A DNA stretch of 64,000 nucleotides from Candidatus Sericytochromatia bacterium (GCA_036676495.1 JAKFCT010000091.1:1-64000); one strand, 5' to 3'; numbered from the stretch's first letter, positions 40,068 through 48,826 are shown. Notes: generated by a model from the sequence alone, not told the origin. Numbers and translations are program-made.

Positions 40068-41573
40068 ATGAAGAACACTTGGATCAAGCGCGCAGCGACG
40101 CTCGGGCTCACGGCTGGTATTCTCTCGCTTCCCCTCGCTGCCCTGGCTGCCGAGGAAATGGTCATCGAAACCCCCAAGGTCTACACCCCCGCCAAGGTGA
40201 ACGGAGTCGACGGTTTCTGGGTCGAGTACCAGAAGAAGACCTACCAGAAGCGGGCCGCGTTCGCCGACCCGGTGGGTCCCTACGACCAGATGATCCAGAA
40301 CCTCTACGTCGAGATCTTCGGGCCCGAGGTGGCGCAGCTGACCAAGGCGCAGCGTGACGCCCTCTACTCCCAGTACGGGATTCCCAAGGGCTTCAACGGC
40401 CTGACCGGCGACTACAACTTCTTCCACAACGAATTCCTCAGCAAGTACACCAACCGCATCAAGGCGGACCTCCAGTACGCCAAGCGCCTGGTGGACGCGG
40501 ACAGCCCCTCGGCGGTCGTGGCCGCGATGGGCGCCCAGGCGACCTTGGATCAGGTCTACAAGGCCTTCGCCAACTCCGGCTACGCGGGCAACAACTACGT
40601 GGTCAACGCCCGCAGCGTCGAGGTGGTCCACGGCGTCAGCTACGTCGACCAGTCGCGGATCGACCCGGCGGTCTACAACGCCTACAAGGGCCAGACCCTC
40701 GACACCCTCCTGAGGAGCAACCCCGGCGCCATCAAGGGCCTGGAGGGCGCCTCGTACATCGACTCGCTGGTCAATGCGGCTCGCTTCAGCCGGATGGCCG
40801 AGCTCGCGGCGATGAACCTGCTTCCGGTCAACATGATCGACCAGCAGATCGTCACCCCCGGCGGTCCGGTCGACTTCAAGGAGGACACCCCGAACGCCGC
40901 CCGCCTGAACCAGCTGGCCTCGTTCCTGGTCACCGCCTCCATCCGCACCCACTCGCCCATCGCGCTGGACCTCAACGGCGACGGCAAGATCGGCGTCACC
41001 GGTACCTCGACCGCCCAGAAGCGCCTCGCGAGCAGCAAGTTCGTCGCCAAGAACTCGGTCTGGTTCGACATCGGCGCCGAGGGCAAGAAGAAGAACATCG
41101 AGTGGCTCGACCGCTCGGGTGACGGCTTCCTGGTCGACGACTCCTACGGCCGCCTCTCGAAGGCGCTGACCGCGGGTGGCACCCTCGACGGCACCTTCCT
41201 CTTCGGTGACTCGATCGGCTACACCCACGGTTACCACAAGCTCGCCGTCAAGAAGGTCACGGTCAACGTCGCCTCCACGGCTCAGATCGACGAGAACACC
41301 AACTGGTCGAAGCTCTTCAACGCGAAGCCCGTGCTGAAGGGTAAGGACCTGAACGGCCTCAAGGTCTGGGTGGACGCCAACGGCGACGCCAAGCTCCAGG
41401 CCAACGAGCTCAAGACCCTGGCTTCTCTGGGCATCACCGAGATCGGTGCGGCTCCCCAGACCATCAAGAACGCCAAGGGCGAGTACCTCATCCAGTCGTA
41501 CTTCGTCCAGAACGGCAAGAAGCGGATGACTGAGGACGTCTGGTTCGCTGAGAACCCCGACGCGGCTCAGTAA
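40068..41573 (+). CDS. Sec-exported protein with C-terminal FrpC self-processing-module-like Ca-binding domain
   Basis: Signal peptide; SPIALDLNGDG...WFD...EW...DGFLVDD...LFG...LKVWVDANGDAKLQANELKTLASLGITEI...EDVWF. Confidence 0.75.
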   Translation: MKNTWIKRAATLGLTAGILSLPLAALAAEEMVIETPKVYTPAKVNGVDGFWVEYQKKTYQKRAAFADPVGPYDQMIQNLYVEIFGPEVAQLTKAQRDALYSQYGIPKGFNGLTGDYNFFHNEFLSKYTNRIKADLQYAKRLVDADSPSAVVAAMGAQATLDQVYKAFANSGYAGNNYVVNARSVEVVHGVSYVDQSRIDPAVYNAYKGQTLDTLLRSNPGAIKGLEGASYIDSLVNAARFSRMAELAAMNLLPVNMIDQQIVTPGGPVDFKEDTPNAARLNQLASFLVTASIRTHSPIALDLNGDGKIGVTGTSTAQKRLASSKFVAKNSVWFDIGAEGKKKNIEWLDRSGDGFLVDDSYGRLSKALTAGGTLDGTFLFGDSIGYTHGYHKLAVKKVTVNVASTAQIDENTNWSKLFNAKPVLKGKDLNGLKVWVDANGDAKLQANELKTLASLGITEIGAAPQTIKNAKGEYLIQSYFVQNGKKRMTEDVWFAENPDAAQ

Positions 41574-41581
41574 ATGCTTGA

Positions 41582-41610
41582 CGAGCGCGCGCCGACCCGG
41601 CGCGCGCTCG
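41582..41610 (+). other. GC-rich hairpin after stop codon (no U-tract)
   Basis: CGAGCGCGCGCC-gaccc-GGCGCGCGCTCG. Confidence 0.55.
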
Positions 41611-41700
41611 GATTGGTCGTGATGGTCCTGGCCCGTTCGGGTCGATTCAGCTAAAACTAGGACGGTTGACCTCTCCTCCGGCATGCCGGGGGGAGGAACT

Positions 41701-41754
41701 TGACGGAGACCGTTGGGTTGGCCGTCGATCCGGCGGACGGCCTGTAACCGTCGC
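41701..41754 (+). repeat. Degenerate direct copy of 43105-43158 (3' end of the downstream gene)
   Basis: 47/54 identical positions by manual ungapped alignment, including the TAA and 7 nt past it. Confidence 0.9.
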
Positions 41755-41786
41755 CATGTGACTGTCGCAATGGAGAGGAGCGAGAG

Positions 41787-43151
41787 ATGTACTCGAAAGG
41801 CAAAATATGGCTCGCTGCCGGAAGCCTGGTGGCGGCGACCGCGTTGGTAATTCCCCCTTCAGTCCTGGCCGCGGTGGCCGACAAGGTTCAGAGCAAGCAG
41901 ACGATCGAACGGGGCAAGAACGGCACCCAGTCCGGCTACTGGATCCACGTGGAGGATACGACCCTCCGCTGGTATGAAGTCAGCGACAAGATCAAGGAAG
42001 TCTACAAGAAGGTCTTCAACAGCGTCCCCATCACCGACGCTCAGCTGAAGGCCCTGACCGACAAGGTCTCGTCCGGCAAGCTCACCCTGGCCGCCCTCGA
42101 GACCCAGCTCCGCGACTTCAACGCGGTGCTCAAGGACTCGGCCTACGACAACCAGTACTCCACCAGCTCTCAGCGCCTGGAGCTGAAGAACGCCCGCAAC
42201 GAGCTCGAGGCGGCGTTCAAGGTCGGCTACACCAACGACCTGGCGGGTCCCAACGAATCCTCGACCCTGCGGCAGGCGCATCGCTTCCTGGTGATCGCAG
42301 AAGCCCTCGAGAGCGGCCTCTACGACTTCCCGACCTCCGGCGCGTCGATCGTCGGCGAGCACTCGCTCAACCTGTCCAGCTCGTACTACTCCTACTTCAC
42401 CGAGTATCGCAAGGACGTCCAGGCGCTGGGCACCCACAGCGGCAACTACTCGGGCGGCTCGCGCAACCGCTTCGTGGTCAATAACGTGACGGCCGCCAAG
42501 GCGCGCGAAATCGCCAAGGATCTCTACCAGCTGGCCAACAAGACCGCTTCTCCGATCGCCCTCGACCTCAACCACGATGGCAAGATTGGCGTGACCGGCA
42601 AGTCCTCGGCCAAGGTCCGCAACTACAAGAACGCCTTCGTCCGGGATGGATCGGTGCTCTTCGACCTGGAGGGCAAGGGCAAGGTCCAGCGTTACGAGTG
42701 GATGAACGGAGATGGTGACGGCTTCCTGGTGGACGACCGCGAGGGCAAGGTCTCGCAGGCGGCCAAGGGCAACGGCGTCATCTCGGGCCATCAGCTCTTC
42801 GGGAACGCGGGCGGTTACGCCCACGGCTTCGCGAAGCTGGCGATGAACTTCGACAGCGACATCAAGCTGGCGACCAACATGTCCAAGCTGCCGCCGGGTT
42901 ACGGCAAGATCACGGGCAAGGAGCTCGAGGGCCTCAAGGTCTGGATCGACGCCAACCGGGACGCCAAGGTTCAGCTGGCCGAGTTGAAGACCCTGCCCGA
43001 GCTGGGCATCACCGAGATCGGCTCGAGCTTCGACATGGTCAAGAACCCGGACGGCGAGCTGCTGATGCAGTCGCATTACTTCGTACAGCACGGCAAGAAG
43101 CATCTGACGGAAGACGTTTGGTTTGCCGTCGATCCGGCAGACGGCCAGTAA
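41787..43151 (+). CDS. Second Sec-exported protein with the same C-terminal module and a different central region
   Basis: Signal peptide; SPIALDLNHDG...LFD...EW...DGFLVDD...LKVWIDANRDAKVQLAELKTLPELGITEI...EDVWF. Confidence 0.75.
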   Translation: MYSKGKIWLAAGSLVAATALVIPPSVLAAVADKVQSKQTIERGKNGTQSGYWIHVEDTTLRWYEVSDKIKEVYKKVFNSVPITDAQLKALTDKVSSGKLTLAALETQLRDFNAVLKDSAYDNQYSTSSQRLELKNARNELEAAFKVGYTNDLAGPNESSTLRQAHRFLVIAEALESGLYDFPTSGASIVGEHSLNLSSSYYSYFTEYRKDVQALGTHSGNYSGGSRNRFVVNNVTAAKAREIAKDLYQLANKTASPIALDLNHDGKIGVTGKSSAKVRNYKNAFVRDGSVLFDLEGKGKVQRYEWMNGDGDGFLVDDREGKVSQAAKGNGVISGHQLFGNAGGYAHGFAKLAMNFDSDIKLATNMSKLPPGYGKITGKELEGLKVWIDANRDAKVQLAELKTLPELGITEIGSSFDMVKNPDGELLMQSHYFVQHGKKHLTEDVWFAVDPADGQ

Positions 43152-43178
43152 CCGTCGCAGAGAGATTGGAGGAGGCCA

Positions 43179-45920
43179 ATGAAAAACCGATTCAGGTATC
43201 GAGGTGCGACGGCGCTTCTGCTGGGGCTGTCCCTGATCGTCCCGGTGGGTTCCGCCTTCGCCGCGGAGACCGGGGAGTGGCGATCGATCGGCGTGAAGAA
43301 GCGCAGCTACTTCGTGCCGGATGGCGACATCTCGCGCCAGCGGACCGTGCTCAGCGCCTCTGAGAAGCTGGTGAGCACCGTCTCCGAGACCGAGCGCGGC
43401 CGCTGGCTGTCGTCGGGCGTGGAGAAGCTGGGGACGGCGGCGACCAAGGACGTCGCGGATCCCGCCAAGGACAAGGTTCAGATCATTCCGGGCGCCGCCG
43501 AGCCGGTGGGCAACGACTGGGTCGAGTACGAGACCGTTCGCAGGCAGAAGGCGCTTCAGCGCACCTACACTCAGCAGGAGCAGACCTACTCGCTCTATGC
43601 CGAGCAGGCTCGCAAGAAGCACACCTACCAGGTGACGGAGAAGGTCCAGATCGTCGAGACCTGGACGGATCCCGTCTCCAAGCAGCAGCAGCGCAACGTG
43701 GTGGACACCACCGAGACGCGCAACGATCTCCGCTATACCGGCTGGACGGAAACCGGCAACAAGCTTCGCGTAAATGCTGGCACGAGCACGCGGACCTGGG
43801 GTCCCGAATTGGTTTACACCGCGGTGCCGGATGAGCAGCGGGTCAAGCGCTCGCCGCTCACGCCTCCCGGCGGCATGTCCGCCGGCTGGTGGCTGACCGA
43901 CAACGAGACGTTCCGGTACTTCGTCGCAGGCTCGACCCCTCCGGGGGATGCGCGCCCGGCGACGGCGGCCAAGGCGGCCGAGATCAACAAGAACGCGGGG
44001 ACCGCGCTGGGCGGGGCGAACTCGGACTGGGCGCTGATCGGCGCCGAGACCGTGCGCTACTTCCTGGCCGGCGCCAAGGCGCCGGAAGGCGGAGTGGCGG
44101 CCAACCCCGAGCAGCGCGCCGCCATGCTCGATCCCCTGAGCGCCGGCTGGATCATGGCGAACTCGGAGCTGATCCGGTACTTCGTGCCGGGCGCCACCCC
44201 TCCCAAGGACGCCCAGCTCGCCTCTCCCGATCAGAAGGCGGCGATCGACGCCGGAGTGCCCAACGAGTGGTACCTCTTCAACGTCAAGAACTTCCGGGAC
44301 TTCGTGGCCGGGGCCGTCCCGCCCGAGGGTTCGACCCGCTCGAACCAGCAGGCAGGATCCGATCCCATCCAGAGCGGAGACTGGGCCCTGGATCACCTCC
44401 AGAGCTTCCGGTTCTTCGTCCCGCTGCCCGGAACCTTCGAGAACGCCATTCCGGACATCCCGCCGCAGCCGGAACCCCGGTTCGTGTACGGGCAGCCCTT
44501 CCCGGACCTCGCCCAGGAGCGGGATCCCGAGATCACCCTCAAGTCCTGGCGCGAAGGTCTGCTGATCAAGCGTGAGCAGACCAAGGTCCGGACCGCCCCC
44601 CAGTACCGGATGAAGACCGAGATCCCCCGGGGCTGGACCCAGATCACCTTCACCACCTATGAGAATCGGGCCGTTCCGATTCACACGGATGGCAAGGTCG
44701 AGATGGTGAACCTGCAGGTTCCGGTCAAGAACTACGACTGGAAGCTCGTGGAATTCGCGGCCAAGGAGCCGGTGCGTGAGCGCTACTCCGAGGATTGGCG
44801 CGAGGTTCTGGTGACCAAGCTGCCCGATCTGCGGGCCAGCGAGATCAGCTCGCTGGCGGCAGCCAGCGGCGAACGTCCCAGCTCCTTCCAGGGCGACTCG
44901 GGCTCGGGTTCGGGCAGCAACACGGCTCTGGCAGCCGCCAAGCTGCGCAACCAGATGGGCGCCAACGCGGTGAAGGCCTCCGAGGTCGCGCTCACCGCCG
45001 CCGAGATCGAGCAGGGTCGCAAGAAGGCCGAGGAGGAGGCCCGTCAGCGGGCCGAGGAGGAGGCCAAGCAGAGGGCTGCTGAAGAAGCCGAGCGCAAGCG
45101 TCAACGCGAGGAAGAAGCTCGCAAGGATCAGGAGCGCAGGGCTGCGGAAGCTGCCGCAGAGGCTGCCGCCAGGGTCGCCGCGGAAGCCGCAGAACGGGCT
45201 GCCCAGAAGGCCGCGGAAGAGGCCGCCAGGGACGCTCTGGACAAGATCGCGGCTGCCAATGCTGCCAAGGATCAGATCCTGAAGACGGCCATTGCTCAGG
45301 CGGCCTTCGGGGACGTCGTCAAGGCGGCCGGGTACGACTTCGGATCGCGGATCGACAGCGTGCTCGACAAGCTCACTCCCTTCAACCTCGGCAACGAGGC
45401 GCAAAAGGAGATCGACAAGCGCAAGAAGGAACTTCTCAAGGACTACGACGACAAGCTCAAGGACCTCGAGAAGGACTACGACAAGAAGGCCAAGGATATC
45501 AAGGACCTGGTGGCCCTCAACGCGTTGCAGCAGGAGTATCAGAAGAAGCTGAACGACCTCAAGAAGTCCATGGACGACAAGGTCAAGGACACTCACAAGC
45601 TCGTCAGCGAGATGCTCGTCAAGCACGTCGACAAGGGCGGCACCATGCGGACCGGCGAGGAACCCAACGTCAACGGTAAGTCCGTCAAGGCGTTCTACTC
45701 GCATGACACGGGACGCTGGGTCTTGCTTGCCTACAGCGATAAGGACTACAAGGGAGAAGTCACGGTGCTCGATTCCGGGAATGCCCCGCGCATGAACGGC
45801 AAGGACACCCCGATCCTCCCCGAGTTCAACTTCAACGGAGTCAAGCTGACCTTCAAGGTGGACTACACCAGCTACTGGCCCTTCGGGTCGTCCTACGACG
45901 CCCGCGTCGACAAGAAGTAA
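43179..45920 (+). CDS. Large exported protein with five ~40-aa repeats and a long charged/Ala-rich coiled coil
   Basis: GGAGG RBS; signal peptide ending AFA; strong GC3 bias; repeats of W.L...E.(F/V/I)RYFV.G..PP; EEEARQRAEEEAKQRAAEEAERK region. Confidence 0.8.
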   Translation: MKNRFRYRGATALLLGLSLIVPVGSAFAAETGEWRSIGVKKRSYFVPDGDISRQRTVLSASEKLVSTVSETERGRWLSSGVEKLGTAATKDVADPAKDKVQIIPGAAEPVGNDWVEYETVRRQKALQRTYTQQEQTYSLYAEQARKKHTYQVTEKVQIVETWTDPVSKQQQRNVVDTTETRNDLRYTGWTETGNKLRVNAGTSTRTWGPELVYTAVPDEQRVKRSPLTPPGGMSAGWWLTDNETFRYFVAGSTPPGDARPATAAKAAEINKNAGTALGGANSDWALIGAETVRYFLAGAKAPEGGVAANPEQRAAMLDPLSAGWIMANSELIRYFVPGATPPKDAQLASPDQKAAIDAGVPNEWYLFNVKNFRDFVAGAVPPEGSTRSNQQAGSDPIQSGDWALDHLQSFRFFVPLPGTFENAIPDIPPQPEPRFVYGQPFPDLAQERDPEITLKSWREGLLIKREQTKVRTAPQYRMKTEIPRGWTQITFTTYENRAVPIHTDGKVEMVNLQVPVKNYDWKLVEFAAKEPVRERYSEDWREVLVTKLPDLRASEISSLAAASGERPSSFQGDSGSGSGSNTALAAAKLRNQMGANAVKASEVALTAAEIEQGRKKAEEEARQRAEEEAKQRAAEEAERKRQREEEARKDQERRAAEAAAEAAARVAAEAAERAAQKAAEEAARDALDKIAAANAAKDQILKTAIAQAAFGDVVKAAGYDFGSRIDSVLDKLTPFNLGNEAQKEIDKRKKELLKDYDDKLKDLEKDYDKKAKDIKDLVALNALQQEYQKKLNDLKKSMDDKVKDTHKLVSEMLVKHVDKGGTMRTGEEPNVNGKSVKAFYSHDTGRWVLLAYSDKDYKGEVTVLDSGNAPRMNGKDTPILPEFNFNGVKLTFKVDYTSYWPFGSSYDARVDKK

Positions 45921-45929
45921 CCCAAATCC

Positions 45930-45964
45930 AAGGCCCCCGGGGAAACTCCCCGGGGGCCTTCTTT
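45930..45964 (+). terminator. Intrinsic terminator closing the three-gene cluster
   Basis: AAGGCCCCCGGGGA-aac-TCCCCGGGGGCCTT then CTTT. Confidence 0.8.
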
Positions 45965-45999
45965 CGTTCTCCCCCCGGCGGGGGTGCTATGCTGGGAGC

Positions 46000-46290
46000 A
46001 TGTTCGATCCCTATCCCGACCTGGTCCAGACCCATACCCTCACCCTGCCGACGGGAGAGGGCCTGACCTTCGATCAGACCCTCTGGGGCAAGGTGATCGC
46101 CATCCGCACGTTGCATGTGGGCGGAGGGCGCTACCACCTCGAGGACACCATGGCCACGGCCCGGCTGCGCCAGCTCCTGGAAGCGACGACCGTGGAGGGT
46201 GTCTGGGCGTTCGCGCCGGAAGACGCGCGCTTCGCCGAGATGGCGCGCGAGATCGCGGATCTGCTTTCGCTGTTGTTCGGGGTTAGTTGA
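46000..46290 (+). CDS. Small hypothetical protein
   Basis: GGGAG RBS, typical codon bias, fills the gap before a convergent gene. Confidence 0.6.
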   Translation: MFDPYPDLVQTHTLTLPTGEGLTFDQTLWGKVIAIRTLHVGGGRYHLEDTMATARLRQLLEATTVEGVWAFAPEDARFAEMAREIADLLSLLFGVS

Positions 46291-46681
46291 TGCGCCGGAG
46301 CATCCGCCAGAGCTCGTCGTAGCCCTCGCGGAAGCGCTTCTGCTCCTCGAGGATCCGCGCGATCTGGCGCTGGGTGCAGCTGCCGAGCTGGATCAGGATC
46401 TCTCCGAGCTTTTCGCCCGATTGCTCCTGGCGCAGCAGGGCCTGATCCAGCTCCTCGCGGGTGATGAATTCCCGCATCAGCAACAACTGGCCGATCCGGA
46501 TATCCTGGTGGACCTCCACCAGGATCGCGTCGAGCTGGCCGAAATTCAGGTAGCCCAGCGAGAACAGGATCTCGCCGACCCGCAGCTGAGGCTGCTGCTC
46601 CTGGACGCTCAGGGCCTCGCGGAGCTGATCGCGGGTGATGAGCCCGCGGGAGATGAGGGTCTGTCCGAGTTGATGATCCAT
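46283..46681 (-). CDS. Stand-alone tandem MshEN-like (PilB/GspE N-terminal) protein
   Basis: Four copies of (R/K/Q)(L/I/V)GxxL...(G/E)...QL..(A)L..Q. Confidence 0.85.
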   Translation of the reverse strand: MDHQLGQTLISRGLITRDQLREALSVQEQQPQLRVGEILFSLGYLNFGQLDAILVEVHQDIRIGQLLLMREFITREELDQALLRQEQSGEKLGEILIQLGSCTQRQIARILEEQKRFREGYDELWRMLRRIN

Positions 46682-46751
46682 GGCGGCCGTTCTTTCCTTC
46701 TTTGGAGCCGCGGGCGCTTCTCTGGAGCCGTGGGCGCTTAGCGCTGCGGGG

Positions 46752-47534
46752 CTACTGCAGGGCGGCCCGGTTGGGCCGTGGGAACGTCTTCTTGCCGTCG
46801 GTCCGGTGCAGGTAGTCGAATTGCACGTCGTTGTGGGAGAGCTTGCGGATGTAGAGCTTGGCGTACGTGATGCGGTGCTCGACCCGGGGCTTCGACGGCT
46901 TGGGGGACGCTTCGGTCTCCGCGGCCTCGGCGACGGCTTCGGAGCCGGTGGCCTCGGGCTCGGTCACGGTGATGGTGGAGTCGAGCTTGATCCCGATGGT
47001 GTCTCCCGCTTCGAGCGCCCAGGCGGCCGAGAGCTCCCCTTCGAACGGCGTCTTGAAGGCATGGTCGGGGATCTGCTCGAGGGCGTCGAAGTCCCCGCCC
47101 CGCAGGTGGGCGAAGCGGATCACATGGGCCTCCGAGTTGGTGGCGACCATGGCATGGCCCGGGTGCAGGGGATCGTTCGGTGGGTTGAACTTGAAGCGGA
47201 AGTGGCCGCGATACTCCTCGACGTCCTCGTTGGTGATCTCGACCCCGTTGAGCAGATCGAGAGGGCGGGTCTGCCAGTAGCCCTCGCCGAGCTCGTAGTA
47301 CTTCATGACGTAGCCTTCCAGCCAGTCGAAGCCCGGCGGATACAGGGTCGGCTTCGGAGTCGCCTTGGGGGGATCCGGCACGAAGGGGATCCGGAAGGCC
47401 ACGCCCTGCATCGCGGGTTTCGCCGCGGCGGCGTTCTCCAGCACGGTGGTGAGTGAAGTTCGGTTGCGGGCGTCTGCCAGGAAGAGTCCGACGGTCAAGC
47501 CGGCGATGAGGCCCGCGATGGCGAGGTTACGCAT
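46752..47534 (-). CDS. Membrane-anchored or exported hypothetical protein
   Basis: Hydrophobic N-terminus; GC3 bias; no recognised family. Confidence 0.7.
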   Translation of the reverse strand: MRNLAIAGLIAGLTVGLFLADARNRTSLTTVLENAAAAKPAMQGVAFRIPFVPDPPKATPKPTLYPPGFDWLEGYVMKYYELGEGYWQTRPLDLLNGVEITNEDVEEYRGHFRFKFNPPNDPLHPGHAMVATNSEAHVIRFAHLRGGDFDALEQIPDHAFKTPFEGELSAAWALEAGDTIGIKLDSTITVTEPEATGSEAVAEAAETEASPKPSKPRVEHRITYAKLYIRKLSHNDVQFDYLHRTDGKKTFPRPNRAALQ

Positions 47535-47594
47535 ATCTCATGCTTACCCCCGCTTCCCGATGCTGTAACGGTGCGGGCCGGCGGGGCTTGGGGA

Positions 47595-48773
47595 CTAAAC
47601 GCCCATGAGGATGCGCAGCAGGTGATCCCAGCGACCGGGGTTAGGCTGCGGGGGTTCGGTGGTCGCGGGGGGCTGGGTGGCCGCGGGAGGCTGTGCCGGA
47701 GTGGCCGCAGGGGGCTGCGCCGGAGCCTGGGGCTTGGGTTCGGGCTTGGGCTCGGGCTTGGAAGCCGGGGCCTCGGGGGCCTTGGGGGTCGCCACGTGAT
47801 CGGGCATCCAGGTGTAGCGGCGGGCGGCGAAGAGGCCGTTGCCCTCTCCCAGCCATTTCTCGTACTCCTCGGTCCCGGGCTTGAGTTCGAGCTGCTGGAT
47901 GGGAAGGAAGTCGAGGTTCTCCCAGGTCAGGGGCTGATTGGGGCGCAGGTTGTTGTAGGTGCCGTAGGCAAGCTTCACCGTACCGTCCTCGGCGACGTCG
48001 ATCACGTTGACGGTGTGGTTCACGACGCCGTTGCCGTCCCAGTCGTAGAAGAGGATGTCTCCGGCGCGCAGGTCGCCGACGTCGACCTTGCCGGTGGCGG
48101 GGTCGTAGCCCTGGATGCCGTCGCCGTCGGCGTCGTTGATCCGCCGGGTGTAGCCCTTGGCGAGGTTGTCGGCGTGGATGCCGGCGAGGTGGTAGGTGGG
48201 GCCGTTGACGTTGGGGAGGCCGCCGGATTTGCCGGGGGCGTACTGGTGCCAGGTGCCCTTGCCCTCCAGGGGGTTGGGGATGCCCTTGGCCTCGCAGAAG
48301 TCCTTGAGGAGCTTGACGGCGAAGTCGGCGCAGTCGATCTCGATGCCGGCCTTGCGCAGGGCCTGGGTGCGGGTGTCGACGAAGTCGGCGAACTCGGCGG
48401 CGGCGGCCTGGTTCCAGCGGCGATCGCCGGCCTCGCGCGGAGCCGCGTCGTAGCGGTCGATCACGCCGTCGCGATCCGTGTCCTGCTTCCCGTTCGCGGG
48501 GGTGGGGCTCGGAGCCGGCTGCGGAGCCGGGGTCGGCTGCGGCGCGGGAGTCGGGGCGCCTCCGGGGATCTTCAGGGTCATGCCGACCCGGATCTTGCCG
48601 GGGTCGGGACCGATCAGATCGCGGTTGAGGGCGTAAATCTCGTTCCAGCGGCTGGAGTTGCCCAGGACCTTGCCGGCGATCGCGCTGAGGCTGTCCCCGC
48701 TCTTCACCGTGTAGGTGGCGGGAGGACGCCCTTGGGGCTGACGGCTGGCGGAACCTTGAATTGCGGTCGGCAT
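47595..48773 (-). CDS. LysM protein with putative papain-fold (CHAP/amidase-like) domain
   Basis: YTVKSGDSLSAIA...WNEIYALNRD...IRVGMTLKIP LysM; IDCADFA, LRAGDILFYD, NHTVNV; GGGAGG RBS before ATG 48773. Confidence 0.85.
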   Translation of the reverse strand: MPTAIQGSASRQPQGRPPATYTVKSGDSLSAIAGKVLGNSSRWNEIYALNRDLIGPDPGKIRVGMTLKIPGGAPTPAPQPTPAPQPAPSPTPANGKQDTDRDGVIDRYDAAPREAGDRRWNQAAAAEFADFVDTRTQALRKAGIEIDCADFAVKLLKDFCEAKGIPNPLEGKGTWHQYAPGKSGGLPNVNGPTYHLAGIHADNLAKGYTRRINDADGDGIQGYDPATGKVDVGDLRAGDILFYDWDGNGVVNHTVNVIDVAEDGTVKLAYGTYNNLRPNQPLTWENLDFLPIQQLELKPGTEEYEKWLGEGNGLFAARRYTWMPDHVATPKAPEAPASKPEPKPEPKPQAPAQPPAATPAQPPAATQPPATTEPPQPNPGRWDHLLRILMGV

Positions 48774-48818
48774 GGTGCTTCCTCCCAAGAGGGGGCTACG
48801 GCGCTGGATACACATGAC

Positions 48819-48826
48819 TTATCGGC
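48819..48826 (-). promoter_or_regulatory. Possible sigma-28-type -10 element
   Basis: Perfect GCCGATAA 45 nt upstream of the LysM gene start; no matching TAAA -35 at 15-nt spacing. Confidence 0.4.

Noticed and set aside
40068-43151. RTX toxins
   Set aside because: No GGxGxDxL nonapeptide repeats, no type I secretion genes nearby, and both have N-terminal signal peptides.
41859-45704. 1281-aa minus-strand ORF (and similar long antisense ORFs at 7746-10379, 1851-3845, 15869-17728, 26570-28651, 39960-41684, 51040-52731)
   Set aside because: Shadow frames of real genes on the opposite strand, caused by high GC3 bias; no motifs or RBS.
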